A DNA stretch of 63,033 bases, counting the filler, from Stramenopiles sp. TOSAG23-6 (Eukaryota): assembly GCA_900128565.1 (NCBI GenBank). It is 12 parts of 12 records of this genome, joined end to end, with 100 filler letters (N's around TTAATTAATTAA, not from the genome) between each part and the next. Parts side by side here need not be neighbours in the genome. Positions count along the whole stretch, not along the records: positions 47,396 to 52,545 come from LT636967.1; positions 52,646 to 57,790 come from LT636968.1; positions 57,891 to 63,033 come from LT636969.1; 9 more parts are not named here. One strand, written 5' to 3'. How positions within the stretch are numbered: the first letter of the stretch is position 1; each line of letters opens with the position of its first letter. Below, piece by piece: positions 49,176 to 60,800 of this stretch. Both the position numbers and the translations under genes were made by a program. Below the pieces are notes generated by a model, which saw only the letters and a list, made by a program, of their open reading frames with translations, did not search any database and was not told the origin of the DNA.

Positions 49176-52100
49176 TTATGTTGTGACAAATTTTCTGCAT
49201 TTCGTGAAATAGTAAAAAAAATTATGAAAATGAGAACCCTAACCCTACCAATATAGTTAATATATACAAAATATATACAAAATATTTCAAAATTTAAAAA
49301 AAAAAAAAAAAAAAGAAATGTATGATTGTATGATTGTTAACTTACATTACTTCATTGTATTTTTCAGGAATTTCTATATCTTTTGGAGGATTTCCTATTG
49401 TTTGGTTTTTTAGATATATACACTATACATAAATATTATAAATTCGAAATTCGTTAGGGTTAGGGTTTACATTTTTTTTTGTATAGTTTCATTAGGGTTA
49501 GGGTTAAAAAAAAACTCTTATAATTTTTTTTTAACAATTATGAAAAAGTATGCAAACACACATATTTGAAAAAAAAAAGGAAATTTAAAGCATTCAAATC
49601 ATTGAATATATCAATCATATTGTAAAAGTAAAAACTTTCTATTATATTTTTTTGAACTAAAAAAAAAAAAATTTAGATAATTTTTTTTTTTCATAGTAAA
49701 ATTTGTACCTAACAAAAAAAAACATTGAAAAAAAATAAAACGTACACAACCTCTAAATTTTTTGTTTGTAATAAATTATCAGGAATCGTAGATATTTCAT
49801 TATTATTGAGATAACTGTAAAAATTGAAATATATACAATGTTTGTTTTTGATTAGGGTTAAAGTACAACAAAATAACATAATTGATTTCAAATTATCTAT
49901 GAAAAAAAATCCATCGACAATTTGAATTTTTTTTTTCGTACGAAATTTTGTACCTAATAAAAAAAATAAAAAAATCAAACGTACAGTTTTTCCACAAATA
50001 AACTTAAATTGATAATATCTTTGACAATGTTTTGAAAACCTGCATCCTTGATACCACAATTGTTTAACATCCTACAATATAAAAACATATATAAACATTT
50101 TTTTACCATTTAGTACGTTTTTTTTGTTTTTTTGTTTTTTTGTTTTTTTGTTTCGTACGAAATTTTCATAGTAAAATGATTTTTTTTTATCATTTTTTTG
50201 TAAACAATGATAGAATAAAAAAAATGAAATGTATAAAAAATAAACCCTAATACATATGTATCTATATGAAAAGAAATCCAAATCGAAACAAAAAAAGATT
50301 AAAAAACTTTAAAGATAAAAACTTTTTTTTTTGTTTTTTTTGTTTTTTTTTGTTTAGGTACAAAATTTCGTACAATATATATATATATTATATATCACAT
50401 ACAATGTTCGTAACGATATCAATTTTGAAATGTTTGGTGGTAGAATTGTTCCTGATGATAATAGAGGATTTCCTGATACGTTTAACGTCTCTATACTTGA
50501 AAGACTATGTATTTTGGAAAAATATTTCAAAAACAAAAAAAATCGTTAGGTACAAAATTTCGTACGAAAAAAAAATAGAATTTGAAAAAAAAAAATAAAA
50601 CATACATCTATATTTGTAGGTATTTTTGTTATTGTGTTTGTTGAATTGGTTTTAGTGTTATCAGTACTTAGATCTCTATAATGTGTTGAAGTATCTCTAA
50701 AAGTTTTTTTTTCTCTGAGTTAGTTGAAAAAATAAACAATGTTTTTTTTTCCATTTTTTTTTGCATGAAATTTTCATAGTAAAAATAAAAAATTAAAAAA
50801 AACATACAAAATCTTTAGCTGCTTTGCCTTCAATTCTTCATTTAAATTGGAGAATCTATCATCATTTATCTTGCAGTTTTGCAATTTTCTTTGATGTATT
50901 ATTATGTATTTAGTATCAAAACAAAAATGTTAGGTACAAAATGTACAATCAGCAAAGTATGGAAAAAATACTCAAAAGTAGATTGTAGAAAAAAAACTGT
51001 TAGGTACAAAATTTCGTACGAAAAACAAATAGTACGTACAATGTTTTGAGATCTTCATCAGCCATTGATTGAAACATTTCGGTGCCACTGGTATCATGTA
51101 TTGTTAAAAAATATTTTTTTTTTTGTTTTTTGGTTAGGTACAAAATTTACTACAAAAAAAAATTTGAAAAAAAAAATTGAAAAAAAAATAAAAACGTACT
51201 TTGTCATTGTAGTCGAACAGTGTGCCGCCAAACATTGGAAAGTTTTTTGGCACAGGTGGAAGAAATGGACTTGCATTATAATTTAAACTGAAGTCTCTTT
51301 GTTGTGAAAATAATTCAATAATAAATTAGGGTTAGGGACTAAAGTGTATCTGTAACCGTTTTCTAAGGATTTTCTAAGGATGTATAGAGTTAGAATAAAA
51401 AATGTTTGAACAGAGAAATCAAATAATTGTTGAAAAAGTAAATAAAAATCAATTATATACCAATAAATACTACTACATACATGGATTTCACAAAGTTGAA
51501 AATATTACTGTACTGCTCCACATTCACTAATTCATTGTCACTCAAGTTTCTGTATAAAAAAATTCAAAATTGGTCAATATTTATTTGTTAGGTATGAAAT
51601 TTCGTACCAAAAAAAAAAAAAAAAAAAAAAAAAACGAATACAATAAGGGTACAAAAATGTATTTGTTAGGTATGAAATTTCGTACCAAAAAAAAAAAAAT
51701 TACAAAACATGATTAGGGTTAGGGTTCTCCACGTACAAATCGTCCAAAAAATACGACATGTCCCAATTATACACAGCCTTGTTTGAGGGCAGGTTTGTTA
51801 GATCTATAAACGTTGGATTTTTGATTGAATGTATTTTGGAAAAATATTTAAAAAAAAAAATTTTGAAAATTTTGTTAGGTACAAAATTTTCAAAAAAAAA
51901 TTTAGACAAAAAATTGAAAAAATATACAATGTACTTGTGGCCTAAGTAATGTTTGATCAAATGAAACCGTTAATTTGTAAATCTTATTATTTTGCAAATT
52001 TCTATACAGTTACAAAATATGTCAAAAAAATATTTTAATAAGTATTCAATTTTTTTTTTCGTAAAAAAATTTCATACCAAACAAAAAAAAAATCAAAAAA

Positions 52101-52486
52101 AAGATTCAAAATTTTTTGATACTATTTTTAAATTATACAATCAATGTAATTATTATTGGAAATAACCTACACTTTTTTTAGGGAAAACATTTCAAATAAA
52201 ATAAAATTAATCTTTATCTCGGTTAGTCTATTATTAGATGCGTCCCTTTTGAGTTTGAGTAAGATTTTTTTTTTTTTTGAAAATTGTTTTTTGTTAGGTA
52301 TGAAATTTCGTATGAAAAAAAAAAAAAAACATGCTGAAAATATACACAAAAAGAAAGATGATGAAAATAAATATTTGCAATTACATAATATATAATTCAG
52401 TAAATATTTCAACATACAATGTTTCCAAAATTGTTAGGCTGCCAATCTCTGAAGGTAAGTTTTCTAATTGGTTGTTGTTGACATAT
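49176..52486 (-). CDS. Intron-dense LRR protein; 5'-partial. Exons 52486-52418, 52245-52171, 52001-51935, 51828-51737, 51549-51481, 51296-51200, 51095-51040, 50888-50808, 50675-50606, 50506-50403, 50071-49985, 49814-49746, 49417-49346, 49194-49176
   Basis: Manual splicing gives YVNNNQLENLPSEIGSLTILETL, LNVSGNPLL..LPPNISKLISLRTL and YLNNNEISTIPDNLLQTKNLEVV; 69-75-nt phase-2 exons are typical of LRR genes. Confidence 0.75.
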
Positions 52487-52645
52487 CTACACTGTAACAA
52501 AATATATACAAAATCAATATTATACAATGAGAAAACTGCAAGAATNNNNNNNNNNNNNNNNNNNNNNNNNNNNNNNNNNNNNNNNNNNNTTAATTAATTA
52601 ANNNNNNNNNNNNNNNNNNNNNNNNNNNNNNNNNNNNNNNNNNNN

Positions 52646-53015
52646 GAAACCATGAATGTTTTATTTTTTTTTCAATTTTGAATTTTGTTTTTTTGTATGA
52701 AATTTCGTACCTAACAAATTTTACCAAAAAAACAAAAAAACAAATTTCACAATATATGTACCCGATCAGATTAATGGTTCTCGAGATAATTTCAGTATAT
52801 TTGTATTTAGCAAAGATCGAAAAAAAGCATCAAAACTTTTACATGATAATTTTGTAGGTCGAAAAATTCGAAGGATGAATTTACTTGGGGCAGTGAAATA
52901 TTTTTCCAAAATACATACCTTTTGGAAACAGCAAGGAATGTTACGCGAAGTAAAAGCAAGTTTTTTACGACCTAAAAGTGACAAAAAAGATTCACCAAAA
53001 ATGAGTGTTTCATAA
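52646..53015 (+). CDS. C-terminal fragment of an unknown protein. Intron 52654-52757 (GA...AT)
   Basis: Open frame from 52758 to TAA 53015 following a family intron. Confidence 0.45.
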
Positions 53016-53109
53016 TTGAGTCCATAATAGAAAAATAAATTTATTTTTAAAGATGCACTTACATTCAATCTAAATCACATTAAATGTGCGTCAAATACGC
53101 CATATGCGG

Positions 53110-53151
<42 letters not shown>

Positions 53152-53189
53152 AAAATGGTTCTAACAATTTTATTTTTTTGAATTTTTTT

Positions 53190-56100
53190 TCATCGTGTAT
53201 TATTTGCTGTAGGTGTATGGTTCAGTGTGTAAAGTTTAGACATTTTACTCACTGAAATTAGAATTTCATTTGGTGATGAATCTGGAGATAACTCAAGTAT
53301 ATCTCGTAGATGATTCATTGTTTGTACCAAACATCGAACAAATTGAATTCCATAGTGTTTTTCGTTTTTATTTGATATGACGTAATTTATTTCGTTTTTA
53401 TCTTCATATTTGATTGAAGAAGAATTTTCATTCTCATACAATGTTTCCTTGCATTCTTTAGAATTTTCTGTATTCTTCTTTTTTTTGCATTCTTTAGAAT
53501 TTTCTGTATTCTTCTTTTTTTCATTCATTAAACATCTAACAGCTTTTAGACAATCTTCAGGTGAAACTATATCTTCTGATTTTTTATACAATAACAAAGT
53601 TTCAGAGAGAGATTGAATGAATTTTTTTGTTTCAGAATGAAATAAGAAAAGTTCATTCATTTTTGAAAGACTTTCTTCAAGTGTGACACTAAATAATCTC
53701 TGAAAATGAATTAATAATTGAGATAGTAATAAATCTGACTTCTTATTAATGACGTCACTCGCATTACTATAAATTGACTCTCCGTGAAGAACATTCGATT
53801 CAATATCAATTAATTCACTCACAGCGGCACGTGCTTCCTCTAATGTAATTTGCGATATTTTCATATTCCCTACGTTGCATTTTGCTGGAATGCTTTTTGT
53901 GGTATCAAATTGTTGTTCATTTTGTTCTTTATTTAATTTATGTAATTTTCTTCGACTTAATTCGTTCAAAATATTTGTTGTAAATGATAATGATTCTTCC
54001 CGTTTATTTAATCTATCTTTCCATATATTGTGAAAAAATATGTTTTACATAAAAAAAATGAGTTAAAACTTTCAGACTTTTTAAGAAAAATAAANAAAAA
54101 TGAAAAAAAAAAAAAAAATCATAGAGAACTCCGTAGTTAAGCAAAAAAAGTTGAAATTTCATGATAAAAACGTATATTTCACTAGTACTGGTACAGCATT
54201 ATTGATATCCTGTTGAGTTAGAGCAGAACCAGGAGATGATTCCACTTCACCTTTTTTATGAAAGATTAAACTAAGAACTTTTCGTACAAATTGTTCCATT
54301 TTTGGAACCGCCAAAATAACTCTACTCATCCTCTCAAGAGATGGAAGAATCATGTATTGTGATAAAATATGTTTTTTTCGTAATAAAAAAATGTTACAAA
54401 ATCTTGATTTTTTAGGGAAAAAATCAATTTGAAATGAATGATGAAAACATACATTGCAGCATCATTAAGTTTCAGTTTCCGGCAGATATCAGAAAGAATT
54501 TCACGCGCCTCATCACCCGAATACTTGCTTATTCTATTCAAACCCAACTTATTTGATTCACGGTCCTTACGCAGTAATGCTCTTGTGCCAGTAAACTTTC
54601 GCAATGTTTTACTATCATCAACGCCATCGTTACATCCCAATAAGTCTTCATACATTTCACATTTTTGTTTTAACTCAAGAATGTTCCGCTTCGCTAAACG
54701 CCACTGGTCATTTGTAGGACGACTATCAAGTTCATTCTGCATTATAATAATACGTTCTTCAAATGTAGCATTTTGTTTCATATACAATTCGATTTCTTTA
54801 CTTAACGATTTCATTTGAGTATGCAATTGTTTTTCTTTCTTATAATGATTATCCTCAATTTGTTTCGCATCTCTCTCCAACAAAATAATTTGCTTGCGTA
54901 ATGCCATTTCGTCAACTCCACCTAATACACCTGGCGCAAAACCAATTTTTTTATCAATATCCCTGTATAATGCAAGCGATCGAGATCGTTTTGATAATCG
55001 AATTGTCTGTGTTGGATCATATGCAACTCCTTCGCGATCATATACAACACCTTCATCATTATTATATGCAACTCCTTCGCGATCATATACAACACCTTCA
55101 TCATTATCTACGTTGCCAGCACCGAGCATTTCATCTTTATTAATTGTAGTCATCCCACGAACAGAGGAAAGTATCTTATTTTCAATATTTCTTTGTTCAT
55201 CATTTGATCTCTGAAGTTCTGCGCGTAGAGCTTGAATCTCAATTAAATGGAGTTTTCGTTCTTCATCAAACATTGTTACTATCTCAAGCCATTTACGCTC
55301 ATTGGAAGAAACATTGCGTATGTTTTTCCCTATATATTTTTCATATAAAGTCTTTGAAAAATCTTTTCTTGATCTATCTCGAGATTCAAATGATTCAATT
55401 TTTTTACGCAATTTTTCAAATTTAGACTCCCAGAGGAGAACTCTACCTTCTGAGTAAACAATACGTCTTTGAGCATTTTTCTCTTTTTTTTTCTGTTTAT
55501 CGAATAACAATTTTGTGTGTTTTCGTTCTGCAGCTAATTCATTTTCTAATTTTACTATTTTTTCCTGTGTGTCTTTGAATTTTTTTTCCATTTTTTTATC
55601 CGTATTTGTTTGGTTAGGGTTAGGGTTAGGCTTCACTTTCTTAAATTTTTTCCCTGACATCCAACCGGGTTTTCGAATCGATGTTGGTGATGGGCCACTT
55701 GATGACAAAGTATGATTTTGATTAGATTTTTGAAATCGTGGGTGTACCTTACTAGGACTGATAATAGTATCTTTAATGACGTCACCACGATGTTGGCATT
55801 CTGCCAAAACTTCTTGAATATAATGTAAAGTAAGCTCAACTGACTTATCAGCATTTCTTGGTACAGATGCAAAACCATATCGAATGAGCAACCTATTAAT
55901 ACCAGTGCGAAGGTTCACTTCTTCTTTTTTCACATCATTTTCTAATCTATTCATATCAATACGAAGATTCAGTCCTATTTTTTTCGAATCGATTATTGAA
56001 TCATTCTTTTGATTTTTTTGTTTTTTTTTGTTCCTTCCTACAAACAAAGAATTTTCAGACTTTGACTCATGAACCATTGACGATAGCAATGGAGTATATG

Positions 56101-56899
56101 TCGTTGTAAATTGATTGCTTTTAGTCTCATTATCTGGGGCGCTTGTGGGAAGAATATCGTCATTATTAATTTCAGATGTTGGAATAATCTGCTGTTGATT
56201 TTTCTCCAAAATTTCGATTTTGTTTACTTTTAAATGAGACTTTTCAGCAGGTAAAATAGACGAAAGATTCTTATACGTTTTATGCAATGTGTTATTTACC
56301 TGCTGGTATATACCTTCATCTCCAAATGGTATTTCTGTATTTCCTTCTAAGTACGCTAAATATTCCTTGTTATACTGTCGACGGGGAACTGTTCCATGAG
56401 CACGTCGAGGTCCTCTGCTAAATGGTTCTGGTGCCGAAAAAGGTGACGGTTCACTCATTGATATTTCATCAATCCACGGGGGAGGTTTATTTGTTTCTTC
56501 GAAAATATGTGGAGGGAACCCAAATTTTTCTGGAGGACTAGTATTTGTAAATATTTCACTTTGTACAGGATTTAAAACAGAGCTCGAAAATTGTACACCT
56601 TGACGCGTTACTGGAGATAAATCTTTCGGAAAAGAATCATCTATATTTCCTTTTTGTTCTTTCAAACCATGATGTGGTGTAAAAAATGATGTAGCTATCG
56701 GAGTGGTGGAGTCCTTGGGCGAGAACTCCGACGACAAAGTTGGAGGTTTACGAACCGTGGACTTGTTTTCAAATGACTGGTTTTCAATTGACTGCAGTGG
56801 CTTCGAGCTAGAAGTATTTAGATTTGAAGCCTTTCGATTATGATATAAAGGAGTAATAAGATTTGAGTTATTCCTATTTTCATCGTACATCGAATCCAT
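53190..56899 (-). CDS. CEP70-like centrosomal protein. Introns 54452-54352 (GT-AT), 54175-54023 (AT-AT)
   Basis: Coiled coils, SRPTNDQW, EILSDICRKLKL and HFQRLFSV..KMNELFLF resemble the CEP70 C-terminus; frames join as AAM|ILPSL and LVK|WKDRL. Confidence 0.65.
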
Positions 56900-57158
56900 C
56901 GTTTATGCTGGCACCATGAAGTTTTGAATTCTCTTTTTGAGTCAAAAAGTTTTTGAGTCAAAAAGTTTTCTTTTTTATTTTATTTCTTGATTTCAAAACC
57001 ATCTAATTTTTTTCGTGTTTTTTTTCAGAGGAGCGAATTCGAGTTCGGGTCTTCATCTTCAACTCCTCTCCAAGAAACTTGTGCAGCCTACGTGTCGCAG
57101 CAGTTCAATTTAAACGTCTATATGATGTTCCATTGAGTTCGTCAAATAATACTCTCAA

Positions 57159-57790
57159 ATGGGTACTTGTGTCTCTACATCAAAGCCTACATACAAGGAA
57201 AAAGATCTAAAACGGACTGTANNNNNNNNNNNNNNNNNNNNNNNNNNNNNNNNNNNNNNNNNNNNNNNNNNNNNNNNNNNNNNNNNNNNNNNNNNNNNNN
57301 NNNNNNNNNNNNNNNNTTTGCTACTTTCAATTCAGACCTCTCACTGAGTGTTGCCATGGACTCTAACAAGATAGAGTGGCACCATGGGCCGCATTGTATG
57401 AACTGTTACCTTGGTCAAGAACACACTTGTTGGGATCCGAAATATGCAAAAGAAATGGATAATATTCTGCGTCGGGTATTTTTTGTCAAGAATGCTCATT
57501 TAGGAGGGTTCGAGCTTGACACAAAACGTAGTGGAAAAGGGAAAGATTATGCAGTGATTACTTATGTTGTACGCTATGCCCCACACACAAAGGAACTACC
57601 ACACCATAACCATCCGTAAATTCTACATTGGACATTTAACACTATGCTATTGCAAGGACACTACTTTTTTTACTTATTTGTTTTTATATTTCACATATTC
57701 TACACTTTTTTTGCACGGCGAAGAGTATTTTGTTCTCCGTGGATCATTCGACGATCACAGCGCACTTGGATTCATGCCTGCACCTGCAAT
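57159..57790 (+). CDS. ChrR-like cupin protein; gapped and 3'-partial. Intron 57616-57712
   Basis: TYVVRYAP..HHNHP|HGEEYFVLRGSFDD matches the cupin HxHxxGEE.FVLxG motif. Confidence 0.72.
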
Positions 57791-57890
57791 NNNNNNNNNN
57801 NNNNNNNNNNNNNNNNNNNNNNNNNNNNNNNNNNTTAATTAATTAANNNNNNNNNNNNNNNNNNNNNNNNNNNNNNNNNNNNNNNNNNNN

Positions 57891-60800
57891 CTCAAATGAA
57901 GTTTGTACACCTCAAGAAAATATAGGAAACTTTACAGTTTGTAGCAAAAGTTACCAACCGTGTGTGGATAAAAAAAATTGTCAAGAGGGGGAGCAATGTT
58001 CTCCTATAGGAGAGTGTGAATCATCATATACAGATTCACCTGTGACGTGTATATCAAATGAAGATTGTCCAGATGGTGTTTTATGTAAACCTAAGTTTAT
58101 TATACAAAATTATAGAATGTGTAGCGCTACAAATAAGCTTTCTTGTGTTGATGATAAGGAATGCCCTACAGGTGAAACATGTATTGGTATAGCTTGGTGC
58201 TCGAATGATAAAAAACAGCTTTGTAGTAAAAACATTGAGTGCGAAGGAGATGGCTTGTGTATACCTAAACTAAATGAAGGATTTACAAGGCATTGTAGTC
58301 GAAGTAATATTCTCTGTAATGTAAATAATGATTGTCAACCAGATGAGTTATGTGTGGCTAACGGTAAATGTAGCGATGTAAGCAATAAAACATGTGCCCT
58401 TCATTCAGACTGTAGAACGGGGAGTGTTTGTCAGTATACACTAAACACGACTATAAATACGTGTCCTGACGGAGAAGCATGTGTTATTGAGTTTACTCAA
58501 GGAGTTAATCGGAAATGTCAGAAGGCTTTAGATGTAACATGCAAAACAAATACAGATTGTAAAAGCAACGTATGTACGACAATACATCGATGTAGTGTGA
58601 GTGACAAGCCATGTTCAACAAATCATGACTGTTTAAACAAAAACGAGACGTGTAGACCTGATTTACGAATCGCTAGGGGTAACTGTAGTAAGACTAGAAA
58701 ACTGACTTGTTTGCTGGATAGCGATTGTCCAAAAAGTGAAATCTGTGAGCAAAGAGCGTGGTGTAGTGTCACTAGAAGAAAACAAGATTGTCCCATTAAT
58801 GAGGTTTGTATACCTGAACTAACACTGAGTAATAACTTAATGTGCTCAAATAAAATGAATTTATCCTGTGCAAGTAATAAAACATGCGGCGCTGATGGTG
58901 GGGATTGTATACCTAGAGCTTGGTGTAGCCACAATAAGGGAATTGCCTGTCGAGGTAATAATGATTGTGTCGGTAATTCCACTTGTATTCCAGAGACATT
59001 CCATGGCACTAATCGAGTATGTGATAAAAAGGTATCTTTGAATATTGATAAATTATGCAGTAGCGATGATGATTGTCCTGATTCTTCAAAATGTATACAA
59101 AAAGGAAAAGACATTGTGACTGGTAAAAAATGTATGAAAGGAAAGGCATGTGCATTATTGGGGGTACCTGGGGGAAAGCAAACTTGTCATCATTCCAATG
59201 ATCGAAATTGTCGAGACTCACAGGATTGTCGCGGCATTGGCGATGAAATTTGCACACAGGGGGGCATTTGTGCAAATAGTAAACAGAAGTGTAGATTTGC
59301 TGCAGATTGTCATGAAAGTGAAGAGTGTACGCTAGAAAATATGCTTGGTGTAATACGCCACTGTAAACTATCCGAATGGTCGTGTAAAACAGATCAAGAT
59401 TGTTCTATAGGGGACGTATGTATTGTTTCAGCAACTTGTAGCAAAGATAATGCGAGAAAATGTTTGCAACAAAGGCATTGTGCCGATAAAGATCCATGTA
59501 TACCTAAAACAAAAAGAGTTCATAAAGCATATTGTAGCAGTTCAAATAAGCAGCTGTGTTCCGAAGATGAAAGTTGCCCGAAAGGTGAGACATGCGTCGA
59601 ACGAAATGTTTGTAGTGTATCGAGATCAGTTGTATGTTTGAATAATTCAGATTGTCCCAAAGGTGAATCATGTATCAATGAAGTGAGTGGCGGTTCATTA
59701 TCTTGCACAAATAAAATTGGTAGACAATGCTTCGCTTCCTCGGATTGCATCAGTATTGATAAAAATGAAAAACTAAATGTGTCGAGTAATCCTTTATGAG
59801 GCGTTGTCGTACAGAAAACGATTGCCCAGGAAAAGAAAAATGTGTAGAAGAGATGGTATCAGGTAATATGGGAATGTGTAGTGGTCACATTGAGAGTCAT
59901 TGCGAAACGAATGAGGACTGCGTTCCGCCATCGATATGTAAAATAAAAGGTTGGTGTAGTATAACATCTTCTAAAATGTGTACAAGTGAAGATGGTTGTC
60001 CGGAAGGTGAAGTATGCGAAAGTGAAATCAATATTACAAAAAATAGAGTATGCAGCAAAGACTCTTCAAAAGAATGCAAATCTAATAAAGATTGTTCTCC
60101 AGATATATGTTTGCCAAAAGCCTGGTGTAGTCTGAATAAAACTAAGATGTGTATCACTAATAAAGATTGCGCTGGCGGCGAATCTTGTATTTTGGAATTA
60201 TCCTTGAGTAATTTTATGATGTGTAGTACACCGGATCATCAAAAATGCAATAGGCATTCTGATTGTCCAGGCGGGAAATGTATACCAAAAGCATGGTGTG
60301 CAATTGATAAGCATACGAAATGTACAACTACCAAGGACTGTCCTAAAAGTGGAGATATATGTGAAACTGAAAGTATCAATTATAAGCACACTTTATGCAA
60401 AGGTACGGATAAGGTATGTCAAAGTTCAAATGATTGTCTTAATGGTACGGCTTGTGTTGAGCACGGATTGTGTAGTGATAGTGATGTCAGATGTACAGAA
60501 ACATCGGATTGTGATAAAAGTCTTGGTGGGACATGTATTCCAATGCATTTACCTAGTGATGTTGGGAGATGTGAAAACAGCTCGGATAAGCCATGTGAAC
60601 ATAATGGGCAATGCTCTGATGGTGTTAAATGTATCCCAAACGCTAGGTGTAGCAATAATCCAAAACAAATATGTTTATGGTCTTCAGAATGTAGTAAAGC
60701 TGGTGATAGTTGTGTACGCCAAGTGAAACCTGAAGTTCAAAAGATGTGTTTGAAAAATTACGGTTTTTCCTGTAAAACAAGTGCAGATTGTCCAATTGGT

